54,285 nucleotides of DNA from a virus. Location: positions 1-54,285 of the IMG/VR virus record IMGVR_UViG_3300011431_000001; one strand, 5' to 3'. The notes under the pieces are model-generated. The model was not told the origin of the DNA. It saw only the letters and a list, made by a program, of their open reading frames with translations, and made no database searches. This document shows positions 43,798 to 53,515 of this stretch, in pieces. Both the position numbers and the translations under genes were made by a program. Numbering within the stretch: the first letter of the stretch is position 1; each line of letters begins with the position of its first letter.

Positions 43798-46700
43798 TAT
43801 TTCCAGTTAGTTTGATCATTTATGTAATTCACGCTATTGGCGCCATACTGCCACATTGCGGCTAATCCATCGCCTGAAGCGTTCATTTTTAATACTGGCT
43901 TGCGGTTAATCGCATTTGTTACATTTTTCAGTTCGCCTTTTAGTTCATTGGTCATATTCTCAAAATGCCCGCTATTATCGGGGACCACTAGTGAAATGTT
44001 TGCCATTTTCCTTGCATGTGAGCCAATCAGATAATTGAGCATTTTATCAATGCTCGTAAAAATGATGTCCTCTTTATGCACATGAGTTATGCGGGGCGTA
44101 TTGCCGCCTATTTCTATATGACCGTCCCGCCTCAAAATAGGTTCCGCTTTGCCTGCATCGTCAACGATACCAAGGCCTTCATATGGCTCATTCTTTTTCT
44201 TTCCTTTAAAGAATCTTGGAATTGGCGTAGCAATAGCGACCCCTAATTGTGCCGCTCCTATTGCGCCAACAATGAATGCCATGGCAATATTTGCAGGCGT
44301 GAATGGCTTTGCTCCTAAAGCGCGAATAACTGCGATGGCAGTTTCTTGAATAATTGAGGCAATATTAGCAGCTTTTTCGAACCGCGCCCGGCGTTGGTCG
44401 ATTTCCCTTTTTCTTCTTTCAAGAGCTTCTTTCTGTGCCGCGGCCCTAGCTTCGATAATAGCTATTGCGTTAGCTCTTTCAGTAGCATTTATTATAGTTT
44501 GATTCGCAACTTCAATATCCTTTTCCTTCTTTTTGTCTAAAAGATCGATCTGATCCTGAATAGCGTTTTTTTCTCTGTCAGCTGAGGCTTGCGCAAAGCC
44601 TCCAATAATATCAAATACCGATTTTGCGACATCGGATATATCCTGAAACATTTTTATGAAATCATCCTTTGTCTGATCCGTTTTCTTTTTGAAAAAATCA
44701 GCAACCAGATTTGCAAGCTTTATCTTTAAAGAGGCCAGCTTCTTTTCAGAGGTTGAAATAATTTCATTATCAGTTAATTCAATATCCTTTAACCTGGCTC
44801 TGGCTTCCTCTATGGCTTTGGTATTTTCTTCGGTAGGATTAAGGACATTTCTGGCCGCAGCGATATCTATTTCTGCGGCAAGTATTTTTTTATCAAAATC
44901 AAGCTTTTCTTTTGCATTAGCTATCTGCTGTTCAGTGAAAGCAATATCTGCTTCGAGTAATGATTTTTGAAGATTTACCTGTAATAAAAGTCGCTGCTTA
45001 TTATAGTTTTTTTCAGATATAAGCCCTTTATCAAACTTTATTTCGAGGGCTGATAATTCCTGATCATAGCCATTCTGGATTTGTTGCAATTCTATATCAT
45101 GAACCGGCCCTTGATGCTTTTCAAATTGTTCTCTTAATTGTTGTTCGCGCTTTAGTTTATCAATCCTCGATTTTGCCTCTTTTTCAAGCAAATCCGTTCT
45201 TTGTTTTTCTGAAGTGATATTTAATTTTAAAATATCGCTATTAAATTTTTGATGGATGGAAAGTTCAATGGCATTTTCTTTTTCTGCGAGTAATTGCAAT
45301 TCCTTATTTAAATCTTCACGCTGTTTTACGGTTAAATCTTTTTTACCCAATTTAAGTTCGACTTGTCTTATTTCTTCATCTGTAGCTACTTTTGCGGCAG
45401 AAATTTCATAGGCTTCATTCAGATCAATAAGCTCCTTTGACTTATCATAGAATACCTGTGTAGCTGCATATCTTTCCTGATATGATCTTCTGTCATCGAC
45501 AATAATGGCTGCCAGTGAATCAATTTCATCCTGACGCCGTTGTTTTAAGGCTTCAAAATTAGCTTTTGAAATATCGGCCTGAATACGAGCTAAGTCTTTA
45601 CCGAAATCTTCTATAGCCTTTTTTTCTCCGGATAAAGCATCGGGATTCCCTAATCCTATAGGCTTGTTACGATCACCAGCTAAAAGCTTAGAAAGCCCTG
45701 TTAACGCTTCTTTATTTACGTCTATGCCCTTTTTAAATCTTTCGATGTCATCTGTCGAAAATGTTTTTTCTTTATTCAATCTGGCCAGCGATAGTAATCT
45801 ATATAATTCTGTCAATCTGATATGTACATTATCCATTTCATTTTCTACTTCCTTAATAGGTTTATCAGAAAATGCATCAACTATTAAAGCTGCTCCAGCC
45901 TTCACTTCTTTATTATATTGCTGTTGCTGCTTAATTACATGATTTGCTGCACCCTGCGCACCGCCAAAAAAGTCAAAAAAATCAGAAGTGGTTTCTTTTA
46001 ATTTCGTGCCTAAAAATTCTAATCCTGTAATTATATCACTAAACCAATGTAATAAGCCAGCTAATGCAGGAGCCAATTGACTCCCTATTTCTTCTTTCAT
46101 CTTTCTGAATTCTTCTGTGGAGGCCGCTATTTTACCAGCATTACTCCCACCGAAAGCCTCAGCCACGCCATCAATACGAGGTTTCAACTCTTCCATAATA
46201 AGTTTAAACCTATCCGTAACAGTATGAGCGTCTTTTATATTTATACCGAATTCTTTTAAACCTCGGTTATTCCCTTCCAATGATTTTAAAAGAGTTGATG
46301 TTGCTTCTGGTAGTGTTTGTCCAGTAGCTGAGGCAAGATTTATAACAACAGGCAATAAATCATTTATCTGATTTTCGGATAGCTTCCCATAGATCAATAG
46401 TTTATTAAATGATGAAGCAATATCTTCTTCCTTTAAAAACTTAAATTGTTCTCCAAGATGTTTTGTTTTGTCCTCTATCCTTCCAAAAAGTTCAGGCACA
46501 CCCAAATTTCTGGTCGTATTTTGTAATAAGCGAAGAGCCTTATCAAGTTCCAAGAATTGGTCGATAGAACTTTCAAAAAATCTAATCCCTGCAGTTATGC
46601 CAACGAATCCTAGAATAATATTTCCTACTTCTTTTATTTTACCCCTGACGCCATCCCATGCTTTGCCATAATTACCTACATCTCGCTGATGTTGGCCTAC

Positions 46701-47414
46701 TGAAGCATCAATAGTCTTTAGTTGATTATTTAATGCGAGTGCTGATTTTGCTGCGGCTTGTGCCCTTGGATCAAGGGCGCCATATTGTGCTGCAAGGTTC
46801 TTTGCCTCCCTCGCGGCGGCATTAAACCTTATTACTAGCTGTTTATACGGCTCGTTTAGTTCAGCAGCTTTCTTTGCTTGCTTTTCTTCAGCCGCCGTAA
46901 CTTTTGCGGCAGCATCTGATTCTATTTTTTTAGCTTTGGCAGTCTCGGTAATTATTTTCGCCTCATTAAGCTTTGCCTGGGATAATTCTTTCTCAGCTTT
47001 TATCTCATTGAGTTTTGCGGCTGACGTTTCTTTTGAAGCCTTCGCTTCGTTTAATTTAGCTGACTCAGTTTCAGTAATTGCTTTGGCTTCGTTGAGTTTT
47101 GCGGCAGCGGATTCCTTTGCAGCTTTTGCATCATTGAGTAAGGTTTGCGTAAACTCTTTGTTTTGGCCATTTAATTGTGCAGTACGTTCTGTTACTCGCT
47201 GAACAGCCTTTTCGTAAACATCGAGAGAGGAAGATACTTGTTGTGTCGTTGACGCTACTTTGCCCATCTCATTAATGCCATTAAGTCCAACCCGAAGAGA
47301 AGATAATTTATTGTATGCGGTGATAATCTCATTCAAGTTTTTAAGCATAAACTCCGTATCCTGCTGCACCCCAGTACGGTCAATATATTCCGATATTCTT
47401 TCCTCGTTTGCCAT
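43797..47414 (-). CDS. Tape measure protein, 1205 aa
   Basis: Size, long coiled-coil A/K/E-rich sequence, hydrophobic segments, position. Confidence 0.85.
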   Translation of the reverse strand: MANEERISEYIDRTGVQQDTEFMLKNLNEIITAYNKLSSLRVGLNGINEMGKVASTTQQVSSSLDVYEKAVQRVTERTAQLNGQNKEFTQTLLNDAKAAKESAAAKLNEAKAITETESAKLNEAKASKETSAAKLNEIKAEKELSQAKLNEAKIITETAKAKKIESDAAAKVTAAEEKQAKKAAELNEPYKQLVIRFNAAAREAKNLAAQYGALDPRAQAAAKSALALNNQLKTIDASVGQHQRDVGNYGKAWDGVRGKIKEVGNIILGFVGITAGIRFFESSIDQFLELDKALRLLQNTTRNLGVPELFGRIEDKTKHLGEQFKFLKEEDIASSFNKLLIYGKLSENQINDLLPVVINLASATGQTLPEATSTLLKSLEGNNRGLKEFGINIKDAHTVTDRFKLIMEELKPRIDGVAEAFGGSNAGKIAASTEEFRKMKEEIGSQLAPALAGLLHWFSDIITGLEFLGTKLKETTSDFFDFFGGAQGAANHVIKQQQQYNKEVKAGAALIVDAFSDKPIKEVENEMDNVHIRLTELYRLLSLARLNKEKTFSTDDIERFKKGIDVNKEALTGLSKLLAGDRNKPIGLGNPDALSGEKKAIEDFGKDLARIQADISKANFEALKQRRQDEIDSLAAIIVDDRRSYQERYAATQVFYDKSKELIDLNEAYEISAAKVATDEEIRQVELKLGKKDLTVKQREDLNKELQLLAEKENAIELSIHQKFNSDILKLNITSEKQRTDLLEKEAKSRIDKLKREQQLREQFEKHQGPVHDIELQQIQNGYDQELSALEIKFDKGLISEKNYNKQRLLLQVNLQKSLLEADIAFTEQQIANAKEKLDFDKKILAAEIDIAAARNVLNPTEENTKAIEEARARLKDIELTDNEIISTSEKKLASLKIKLANLVADFFKKKTDQTKDDFIKMFQDISDVAKSVFDIIGGFAQASADREKNAIQDQIDLLDKKKEKDIEVANQTIINATERANAIAIIEARAAAQKEALERRKREIDQRRARFEKAANIASIIQETAIAVIRALGAKPFTPANIAMAFIVGAIGAAQLGVAIATPIPRFFKGKKKNEPYEGLGIVDDAGKAEPILRRDGHIEIGGNTPRITHVHKEDIIFTSIDKMLNYLIGSHARKMANISLVVPDNSGHFENMTNELKGELKNVTNAINRKPVLKMNASGDGLAAMWQYGANSVNYINDQTNWK
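46920..47129 (-). repeat. Five tandem 14-aa (42-nt) repeats inside the tape measure gene
   Basis: AKAAKESAAAKLNE / AKAITETESAKLNE / AKASKETSAAKLNE / IKAEKELSQAKLNE / AKIITETAKAKKIE. Confidence 0.85.
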
Positions 47415-48049
47415 TATTTCTTTTTAATACTTTCGATGTAAACGTTTAACCGCCTAATCCTTTCGCAATATTCAAAGACAGTCATGTCATCGGCCCTTAG
47501 TTTATACTCAGCATGATCGCTAAGAGTAATTAAAACGCTTTGGAAATATTCGCGTGTGGGTTGTAATTCGCCCTTTTCAGCCATCTTCTTAAGCATGGAT
47601 TCAAGGGTCATCCTTTTTAAATTCAGATCAATCAGCTGCCCTTTGCTTCTATTAATAGCCTTCTGTAATTCCTTGTCGTATTCACCCGGCCTCATGACAT
47701 CAAAAACAAACTTGTAATTCATAAGCTTATTTAATGCATCATGAAATTGAACTACATATCTGTCCCTTAATTGCTCCACTAACATTTTAACCTGATCTTG
47801 AAAAATTTCAAGTCTCAAAATGTCTGCGCTAAGTCTTGCAAAAGCGACATAATCGTGATCCTTAATAGCATCAGCATATTGAATTCTTATTTCTTGCCAG
47901 GATTCGTGAAGTTGTTCTATTGTCGGATTTCCAGAAATTACCAAAGCGTGAAGATTATCATCAATGAAGCAATCTATGAACTTATTTAACGGCAGATCAT
48001 TGATATTGCGATACCACTGTGACAATATTATAGCCATTGGAGATGGCAT
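47414..48049 (-). CDS. Tail assembly chaperone candidate (211 aa from MPSPMA), by position
   Basis: Directly upstream of the tape measure gene; the upstream 24 codons overlap ORF 47997-48206. Confidence 0.4.
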   Translation of the reverse strand: MPSPMAIILSQWYRNINDLPLNKFIDCFIDDNLHALVISGNPTIEQLHESWQEIRIQYADAIKDHDYVAFARLSADILRLEIFQDQVKMLVEQLRDRYVVQFHDALNKLMNYKFVFDVMRPGEYDKELQKAINRSKGQLIDLNLKRMTLESMLKKMAEKGELQPTREYFQSVLITLSDHAEYKLRADDMTVFEYCERIRRLNVYIESIKKK

Positions 48050-48206
48050 ATTCTGCGCTGTAGAAACTGAACTCCGTTCCTTCTTTGCAAACAGCAACTG
48101 CAATTTTGTTTTCCTGCGCATAAAGTTTTGCTTTGACTATTTTTTCATTCAGTTCTTTATCGTCTCTTCCCGGGACGCTTAATCCACAAGTCATGCAGCC
48201 ATTCAT
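47997..48206 (-). CDS. Hypothetical protein, 69 aa
   Basis: ORF track. Confidence 0.45.
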   Translation of the reverse strand: MNGCMTCGLSVPGRDDKELNEKIVKAKLYAQENKIAVAVCKEGTEFSFYSAEYAISNGYNIVTVVSQYQ

Positions 48207-48207
48207 A

Positions 48208-48633
48208 TCATTTCATTAAAAGTCCAACCGCATTTAGAATCTTATTCCGGAATTCAGGCCTTATCTTTTCTATCATGGCTTCATTTTTAAACTTTTCGCT
48301 TAGTCCTTCTATCTCGGGCCCATATCTTTCAACAAGCATTGCATCTTTTGAATCCGTGGAAGCAAATTGTATTCTGTCGCCTATTACCCTGGCATATAAC
48401 CCCGATTGCCAAGCACCCGTATCCCTTAATCTTATTGGCCCCGGTTGTTTGCCATACTGGATCACGGACCTCAAAGAATAGTCTGGCATCAAACTGCCAT
48501 CGGCACGAATTCCGCTGTTAATTTGTTCTGTATTTAAATCGGCAAGAATACTCGTCGAATCAGAAATGACTTCCTCAATGACTCTATTAGTGTCAAGGGA
48601 ATCAAATTTTCTTTTTAATCCGAGTATTGTCAT
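48208..48633 (-). CDS. Tail/neck-module protein (141 aa from the ATG at 48633)
   Basis: The annotated GTG start at 48666 lies inside a terminator stem; the ATG at 48633 lies 10 nt past it. Confidence 0.55.
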   Translation of the reverse strand: MTILGLKRKFDSLDTNRVIEEVISDSTSILADLNTEQINSGIRADGSLMPDYSLRSVIQYGKQPGPIRLRDTGAWQSGLYARVIGDRIQFASTDSKDAMLVERYGPEIEGLSEKFKNEAMIEKIRPEFRNKILNAVGLLMK

Positions 48634-48643
48634 TTTATAAAAA

Positions 48644-48671
48644 AGGCGGCGACTTTTTTGGTTCACCGCCT
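48644..48671 (-). terminator. Strong intrinsic terminator downstream of the major tail protein gene
   Basis: Minus strand AGGCGGUGA-accaaaaaag-UCGCCGCCU (9 bp, one G-U), then UUUUUAU. Confidence 0.7.
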
Positions 48672-48697
48672 GGATAATATTTATTTGCTAACCGATT

Positions 48698-48877
48698 TTA
48701 TTCTGACTTCTCAGAAGGTTTTTCTTCTTGTTTACACAAGTTCCAGATTTCTTTCATTTTGTCATCTGGTATCCCGTGATGTTTTTCATGAGCAATAAAT
48801 TCTTTTAAGGTCACCGATGCCACCCATTCTTTATTAAACCATACCGTTCCACGATCAGCTTCAAATGGTATAAACAT
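48698..48877 (-). CDS. Small hypothetical protein, 59 aa
   Basis: Hand translation MFIPFEADRGTVWFNKEWVASVTLKEFIAHEKHHGIPDDKMKEIWNLCKQEEKPSEKSE. Confidence 0.45.
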   Translation of the reverse strand: MFIPFEADRGTVWFNKEWVASVTLKEFIAHEKHHGIPDDKMKEIWNLCKQEEKPSEKSE

Positions 48878-48879
48878 GA

Positions 48880-49833
48880 TTATACTTTAATATAAGTTAC
48901 GGAGATAAGTTCCACATTGGTTACCGTACCTGCATCAAGCTGCGCCGGCGTCGGAGGTATTAACATGATATTACCTGTAGCTGATGTATATGCAGCACTG
49001 TTATAAGTAACTTCAAGGGTTTTATTTGTTGCATTCGCCGTTATCGATGTTATGGCTAGTGATACCGTTGGCACGCCAGCACCTGACTTAGCTGAAAAAT
49101 TGGCCACCAAAGCCGCAACAGCACTTCCATAATCATCCCAAATATTATATGGAGTTATCAGATTTGATCCGGCAATCTTCATACTAATCTGATGCACGTT
49201 TGTGACTCCGGAAACAAAGGCCAGCGGAACATCAATCAGGCCATCGATATCTTCAACGTTGAACGCTGACATAGCTGCCCAGTAGGCATTATCGAAATAT
49301 TCAGAAGTCGAAAGAATAGAAAGTGTGAACGTAACAATACCTTCTTCAACATTAGTGCCGGTAGCAAGCTTATTACCTACAAAGAAAAATTTAGCCTGGA
49401 ATCCCTTGAAGTTTGTTCCCGCCTTTGTCCCCCATATAGTACCATTGGCATCCCATTCAAAAATTCTTACCGTTTGGTTATTGAACGTCCTCAGTCTCTT
49501 CAAAAGATCAGCACCGGCAAATATTTTTACCGTATATGCTGGGCGGCCTTCTCTCAGGATGGCTTTGAAACCAAGGCCCAAAGTTCCTTCAGTATTAGCT
49601 TCAGAAGAATCGGCAACGTCCTGTGCTTCTTTTATGGGGAAAACTTTGTTCCCATCTGACTTTGATAGATCAGAATTAGCCACTAGCTTATTAAATAGGG
49701 CCGTTTCTGTGGCGTAATCAGAGGTGCCGATTAAGCCGTTAAAAATTAAAAGTTTTTTAAGAACACCACGCGACTTATCACAGGCCAGTTCGCCAGTATT
49801 TGATACAGAAGATGAACAAAGTGAAAGTGCCAT
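48880..49833 (-). CDS. Major tail protein candidate, 317 aa
   Basis: Position between the head-tail genes and the chaperone/TMP genes; followed by a terminator. Confidence 0.55.
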   Translation of the reverse strand: MALSLCSSSVSNTGELACDKSRGVLKKLLIFNGLIGTSDYATETALFNKLVANSDLSKSDGNKVFPIKEAQDVADSSEANTEGTLGLGFKAILREGRPAYTVKIFAGADLLKRLRTFNNQTVRIFEWDANGTIWGTKAGTNFKGFQAKFFFVGNKLATGTNVEEGIVTFTLSILSTSEYFDNAYWAAMSAFNVEDIDGLIDVPLAFVSGVTNVHQISMKIAGSNLITPYNIWDDYGSAVAALVANFSAKSGAGVPTVSLAITSITANATNKTLEVTYNSAAYTSATGNIMLIPPTPAQLDAGTVTNVELISVTYIKV

Positions 49834-49843
49834 ATTTTATTAG

Positions 49844-50383
49844 TTAAGAAGTTATTAATTGCCCCACACAAATTGACTGTCGTTTTACTTTTAATCTCAA
49901 GCCTTTAATATAAATCTCGTCCACATAAAGCTGATCAAAAAGATTTTTAGTATCCGGCCCTCCTACTAATCCACCACCCCAATAAGGCCTTATTATCCTT
50001 GTATGTCTCACATCTCCCATTATTAGAAAATCTCCACCCGCTTTAATTTGCTTCATGAACTCATCATATATAAGAAGAAGCCTGGGTTTAAAAATCAGAT
50101 CATCCCTTTGTTGTTGAGTATAGCTAGCCTCAGTTGTTGCAGATATGCTCATGTCGCATGTAACGTCTGAGAAATACCGGAAATCACCCATATCCTCAGA
50201 GTAGTTCATTATGAGCCAAATAAGCGGCGTGTTTGCGCCTTCCTCAGAATAAACCTTTTTTGCTACCTGCGAATAAATTCCTTTATCAAAGAACACTTCA
50301 AAAGGATCGGTTAATCTTGTCGAAAAGGTATTATTAACCCTTCCCACCACTTGTTCCATTATGTCCGGTAAATATGGTCCCAT
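49844..50383 (-). CDS. Head-tail joining / tail completion protein candidate
   Basis: Position. Confidence 0.45.
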   Translation of the reverse strand: MGPYLPDIMEQVVGRVNNTFSTRLTDPFEVFFDKGIYSQVAKKVYSEEGANTPLIWLIMNYSEDMGDFRYFSDVTCDMSISATTEASYTQQQRDDLIFKPRLLLIYDEFMKQIKAGGDFLIMGDVRHTRIIRPYWGGGLVGGPDTKNLFDQLYVDEIYIKGLRLKVKRQSICVGQLITS

Positions 50384-50384
50384 G

Positions 50385-50708
50385 TTACCATACTGCTTTC
50401 GTGTTTATTGTCGGCAGGCTCTCATCTGTAACTCCAAGCTCTCCTTTCAAAAGTTTTATACGGGCAAGTATCGCCACGCGGTCATATTTTACAGAATGAA
50501 CAAACCCAGCCGCTGCGTTGCCATCACTTACATCAGCCGTTGTTAACAGCGATTGTAAAAGTTCAATTGCAGCCTTTTTAAGAGCTATAACATTCGTCCC
50601 ATCGTAAGGAGATGTCCCCAAAATTCCCGCATCTATCAGCGCTCCTTCAACAGAGTCAAAAGAAGGAGCGAAACCAAGTAGTGAAATAAATCTTTCCTTA
50701 TTCGTCAT
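50385..50708 (-). CDS. Head-tail connector candidate, 107 aa
   Basis: Position directly after the capsid gene. Confidence 0.45.
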   Translation of the reverse strand: MTNKERFISLLGFAPSFDSVEGALIDAGILGTSPYDGTNVIALKKAAIELLQSLLTTADVSDGNAAAGFVHSVKYDRVAILARIKLLKGELGVTDESLPTINTKAVW

Positions 50709-51817
50709 ACAAACGGTCCTGCAAAGACTGTATCTGTTTTCAAAATAAATATGCCATCAATACTGAGGCCCGGGAAAGCGTTCATTTCCATCCCGGTATA
50801 TTCAACCAGGGGATCATCTTCACCCCATTTTGAAACCAGTGTAGGGCCGAAATTCGCATAAGTCTTCCCACCAGCCGGATGAACTGAACTCATTGAAATA
50901 GCGTTGAACAGTGTACCAATCTTACCGGCCGGAACGAATACGACGTTATTAGAATTAAACGGCTTAATGAACGTCGGTTTCCCGTCAACTTCAATATTTG
51001 CCGTATAATTCATGATCTCAATCTGAGGCCACAGGTTTGCGGTAAATGCTTCATTCACATTCGCAAGGGTTACCGCGAAGGCGCTGTTGCCCTTTCCTGT
51101 ATTATAAAAACTAGCTAAAAAGTTTTTTACTTGGGTCGTTTTCTTGAACGTAACCCACAGTTCATAAGACATGAGAATTTTGCCAAACTGCCTTCCCCTT
51201 ATGTTCCACATTGCCTGTAAAAAGGCTTCAATATCATCTATGGGGGTGGCAGTCGCAATAGTTGTCCATACAATTGGCACACCCTGCAATTGATATGATT
51301 GCGATAAAAGGTCAATAGTTCCATAGGCGGCGCCATCAGGATTGTTAGTTGTATTGATGTCAATTTGAAGGGTGGACAAGGCCTGAAGTAGCATAATATC
51401 TACTCTCTTGTCCCCGGATACGGCCGCTTCCTGCAAGTCTTTCATTAAAAACGCAATGAGAGCCTCATTACTTGAGTTGCCGGAAATAGGAAGTAATCTG
51501 AGAACTTCGATAGATCTCATATCATCTTGGTTCATTCTAAACTTTTCTTTAATAGCCGGTATTTTTCCTTTGTAAAGTTCCAGTTTATTCCGGCTCCTTA
51601 AAGGCGCAGGAGAATCAACATCCACAATGGAGGCCGCGGCAGCTATTCTTTCTCTTCCGATTGCAGAATCGAAATTTATCGACATCTGCGGAAGACCCTC
51701 GTTTAGCCAATTACGCCAGATCGACGATCCTGTAAGGAGATTCTGCGACTGATCCAAAAGGAACTGTAAGTTTTGGCTCTGCGCAAGGTTTGAAAAGTAA
51801 CTCGGAACTATTGCCAT
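50705..51817 (-). CDS. Major capsid protein (lambda gpE-like class, by size and order)
   Basis: 370 aa, preceded by scaffold-like and decoration-like genes. Confidence 0.7.
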   Translation of the reverse strand: MAIVPSYFSNLAQSQNLQFLLDQSQNLLTGSSIWRNWLNEGLPQMSINFDSAIGRERIAAAASIVDVDSPAPLRSRNKLELYKGKIPAIKEKFRMNQDDMRSIEVLRLLPISGNSSNEALIAFLMKDLQEAAVSGDKRVDIMLLQALSTLQIDINTTNNPDGAAYGTIDLLSQSYQLQGVPIVWTTIATATPIDDIEAFLQAMWNIRGRQFGKILMSYELWVTFKKTTQVKNFLASFYNTGKGNSAFAVTLANVNEAFTANLWPQIEIMNYTANIEVDGKPTFIKPFNSNNVVFVPAGKIGTLFNAISMSSVHPAGGKTYANFGPTLVSKWGEDDPLVEYTGMEMNAFPGLSIDGIFILKTDTVFAGPFV

Positions 51818-51842
51818 TTTAATGAGTTTGAATTATTAAAAA

Positions 51843-52442
51843 TTACTTCGACTGGGAGTAAATAATGTCATCAAATTGCGCTTCAATCGAAGTCGTATAA
51901 GGAACCCGGCGGGCATAAACGGTGCCTTTAATAACCGCACTAACGCTGAGCACAAAACCGGTTTTTATCACTACGTCACAATAAAGAAGTGCGTTGTCAG
52001 AAGGTAATGCTCCTGCGGTAGCGCCTGTGGCTGTTGAAGCCCAAAGGGTATCGCCTGCTGTAACGGCTCCAATTGTGGTACCTACTGTTAGTAGATCCCA
52101 AAGTGTGCTTGTTGTTGTATCAATGGCGGTTATGGCATAAGCTGGGCCGCCAATAGCACCCTTTGAGAGGTAATCACCAATCTTGATAGTACTTCCTTTT
52201 AATACGTGATATGTAACAGCAGCGCCAGATTCATTTTGCTGTGCGATAGCTGTGTCTAAAAAGGTTGCCACCCTGGTCGATTCATTAATAACCAGTGGGG
52301 TGCCGGCTGGAATTACCGTATCATCCGGATAACCTGTCGCCGTTAACTTGAACCCGCCCTGTGCGAGCTGAATATCTTTTGACGTGCCTTGCCAAACCGG
52401 TATTCCGGAAGCTCCTAAAGATCGCGTGATTCCAATTGGCAT
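51843..52442 (-). CDS. Head decoration-like protein, 199 aa
   Basis: Position between the scaffold and capsid genes; A/G/T-rich beta protein. Confidence 0.45.
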   Translation of the reverse strand: MPIGITRSLGASGIPVWQGTSKDIQLAQGGFKLTATGYPDDTVIPAGTPLVINESTRVATFLDTAIAQQNESGAAVTYHVLKGSTIKIGDYLSKGAIGGPAYAITAIDTTTSTLWDLLTVGTTIGAVTAGDTLWASTATGATAGALPSDNALLYCDVVIKTGFVLSVSAVIKGTVYARRVPYTTSIEAQFDDIIYSQSK

Positions 52443-52454
52443 AACTTAAAAATT

Positions 52455-53129
52455 TTATTTTAATGAATTATTTACTTCTGCTCCGTTTTTGTTCATTGCC
52501 GCCTGTTTTTCCACAAAAGCCTTTATTTCAGGGCTTACTACTTTTGAATCAACCGGCGGGGCGGCGCTGCTCTTTGGCGCCGAAAGCATCGATAACCCTT
52601 TTTCTGTGCTTTCTTTTACCAGGCCAGACCAATCGGTCTGAACCTCTGTTACAAAGGCTTCAATTTCTTCCTCCTTATCTGGAATGATTCTTTTACCCCA
52701 AAATGAAGCAGGGACTTCTTTACCCTTTTCATTCAACTTATCCGTGATCTTGCCATGGATAGTTGTTTTTATCTTTTCCCCCTGTAACGCGGTAAGTCCT
52801 TCATTAAGCTTCTTGTTTTGCTCAATGAGCGCCTTTGCCCATGCGGGGGTATCGTCCGTCACTTCAATTGGCGGATCTTCTTTTACTTCTTCTTTTTTGG
52901 GGGGCTGTGCAGCTTTTAGTTTTGCTTCGAGGTTCCTTATTGTGTCGTCCTGCTTTGCAATATCCGCAATAGGGTTGAAGTCGTTGTAGCTGTCCAGTGC
53001 AGCGTCTACTTTTGTCTCATCGTCTATTACCTTTTTTTCAATAAAGGCTGCAATTTCATTGAGCCTCTTTTTTGATAAGTTAATAGCCGGAAATTTGGCT
53101 TTTATAGCCGCAATAATCTTTTCTTTCAT
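52455..53129 (-). CDS. Scaffolding protein candidate, 224 aa
   Basis: Helical, K/E-rich; upstream of the decoration and capsid genes. Confidence 0.55.
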   Translation of the reverse strand: MKEKIIAAIKAKFPAINLSKKRLNEIAAFIEKKVIDDETKVDAALDSYNDFNPIADIAKQDDTIRNLEAKLKAAQPPKKEEVKEDPPIEVTDDTPAWAKALIEQNKKLNEGLTALQGEKIKTTIHGKITDKLNEKGKEVPASFWGKRIIPDKEEEIEAFVTEVQTDWSGLVKESTEKGLSMLSAPKSSAAPPVDSKVVSPEIKAFVEKQAAMNKNGAEVNNSLK

Positions 53130-53158
53130 ATTTCTAAGAGCTTGTTTACTTATTAAAA

Positions 53159-53176
53159 TTTCAGAATTTTCTGAAA
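53159..53176. promoter_or_regulatory. Perfect palindrome TTTCAGAAttTTCTGAAA in the divergent region between the scaffold and RHH genes
   Basis: 8-bp arms with a 2-nt spacer, read directly. Confidence 0.6.
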
Positions 53177-53208
53177 CTACAGGTATAAAAATAAACAGGT
53201 TGAAAGTT

Positions 53209-53243
53209 TTTGTAGTATTATTGTATGCTATATACTACTTTTG
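53209..53243 (+). promoter_or_regulatory. Bacteroidota-type promoter for the RHH gene (TTTG at 53209-12, TACTTTTG at 53236-43)
   Basis: TAnnTTTG match 8 nt upstream of the ATG at 53251, which implies a near-leaderless transcript. Confidence 0.4.
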
Positions 53244-53250
53244 TATTCCC

Positions 53251-53445
53251 ATGAGTTTGAATAAATTTAAACCCATTCCGGTTAGATTAAATGAGCTTAC
53301 ACCCACGCTGAGAACGTGGGCTAATGAGGAAGACCGGTCAGCCCAATATATGATTAGAAAAATTCTTGAAGAGGCTATTATAAAGAAATTTGGCTATAAA
53401 CCAGATTATTTCAAGAAGATGAGGGCGCAACGAAAAGCTAGTTAG
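53251..53445 (+). CDS. Ribbon-helix-helix (Arc/CopG-like) protein, 64 aa
   Basis: KPIPVRLNELTPTLRTWANEEDRSAQYMIRKILEEAI: beta-strand then two helices; the only plus-strand gene in the late region. Confidence 0.5.
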   Translation: MSLNKFKPIPVRLNELTPTLRTWANEEDRSAQYMIRKILEEAIIKKFGYKPDYFKKMRAQRKAS

Positions 53446-53515
53446 TTATAGAGAAATTATTTTTGGCGCCAAAGTTATACGAGAGTGGGACTTTTTTATT
53501 TCAAGTACGCGGGCT

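Noticed and set aside
33357-47202. Numerous plus-strand ORFs inside the fibre and tape measure genes (for example 35168-35839 and 46936-47202)
   Set aside because: They are antisense shadows of long, compositionally biased minus-strand genes. Their translations are low-complexity V/A/P/S strings.
47997-48210. Canonical -1 programmed frameshift producing a G/GT-type tail assembly chaperone
   Set aside because: The frame reached by a -1 slip from ORF 48208-48666 contains many stops. Going from ORF 47997-48206 into ORF 47414-48121 would need a +1 shift, and no X XXY YYZ heptamer is in register (GAA AAA ATA is out of phase).
48634-48666. GTG start at 48666 for ORF 48208-48666
   Set aside because: That codon lies within the 9-bp terminator stem. 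The ATG at 48633 just downstream is the more plausible start.
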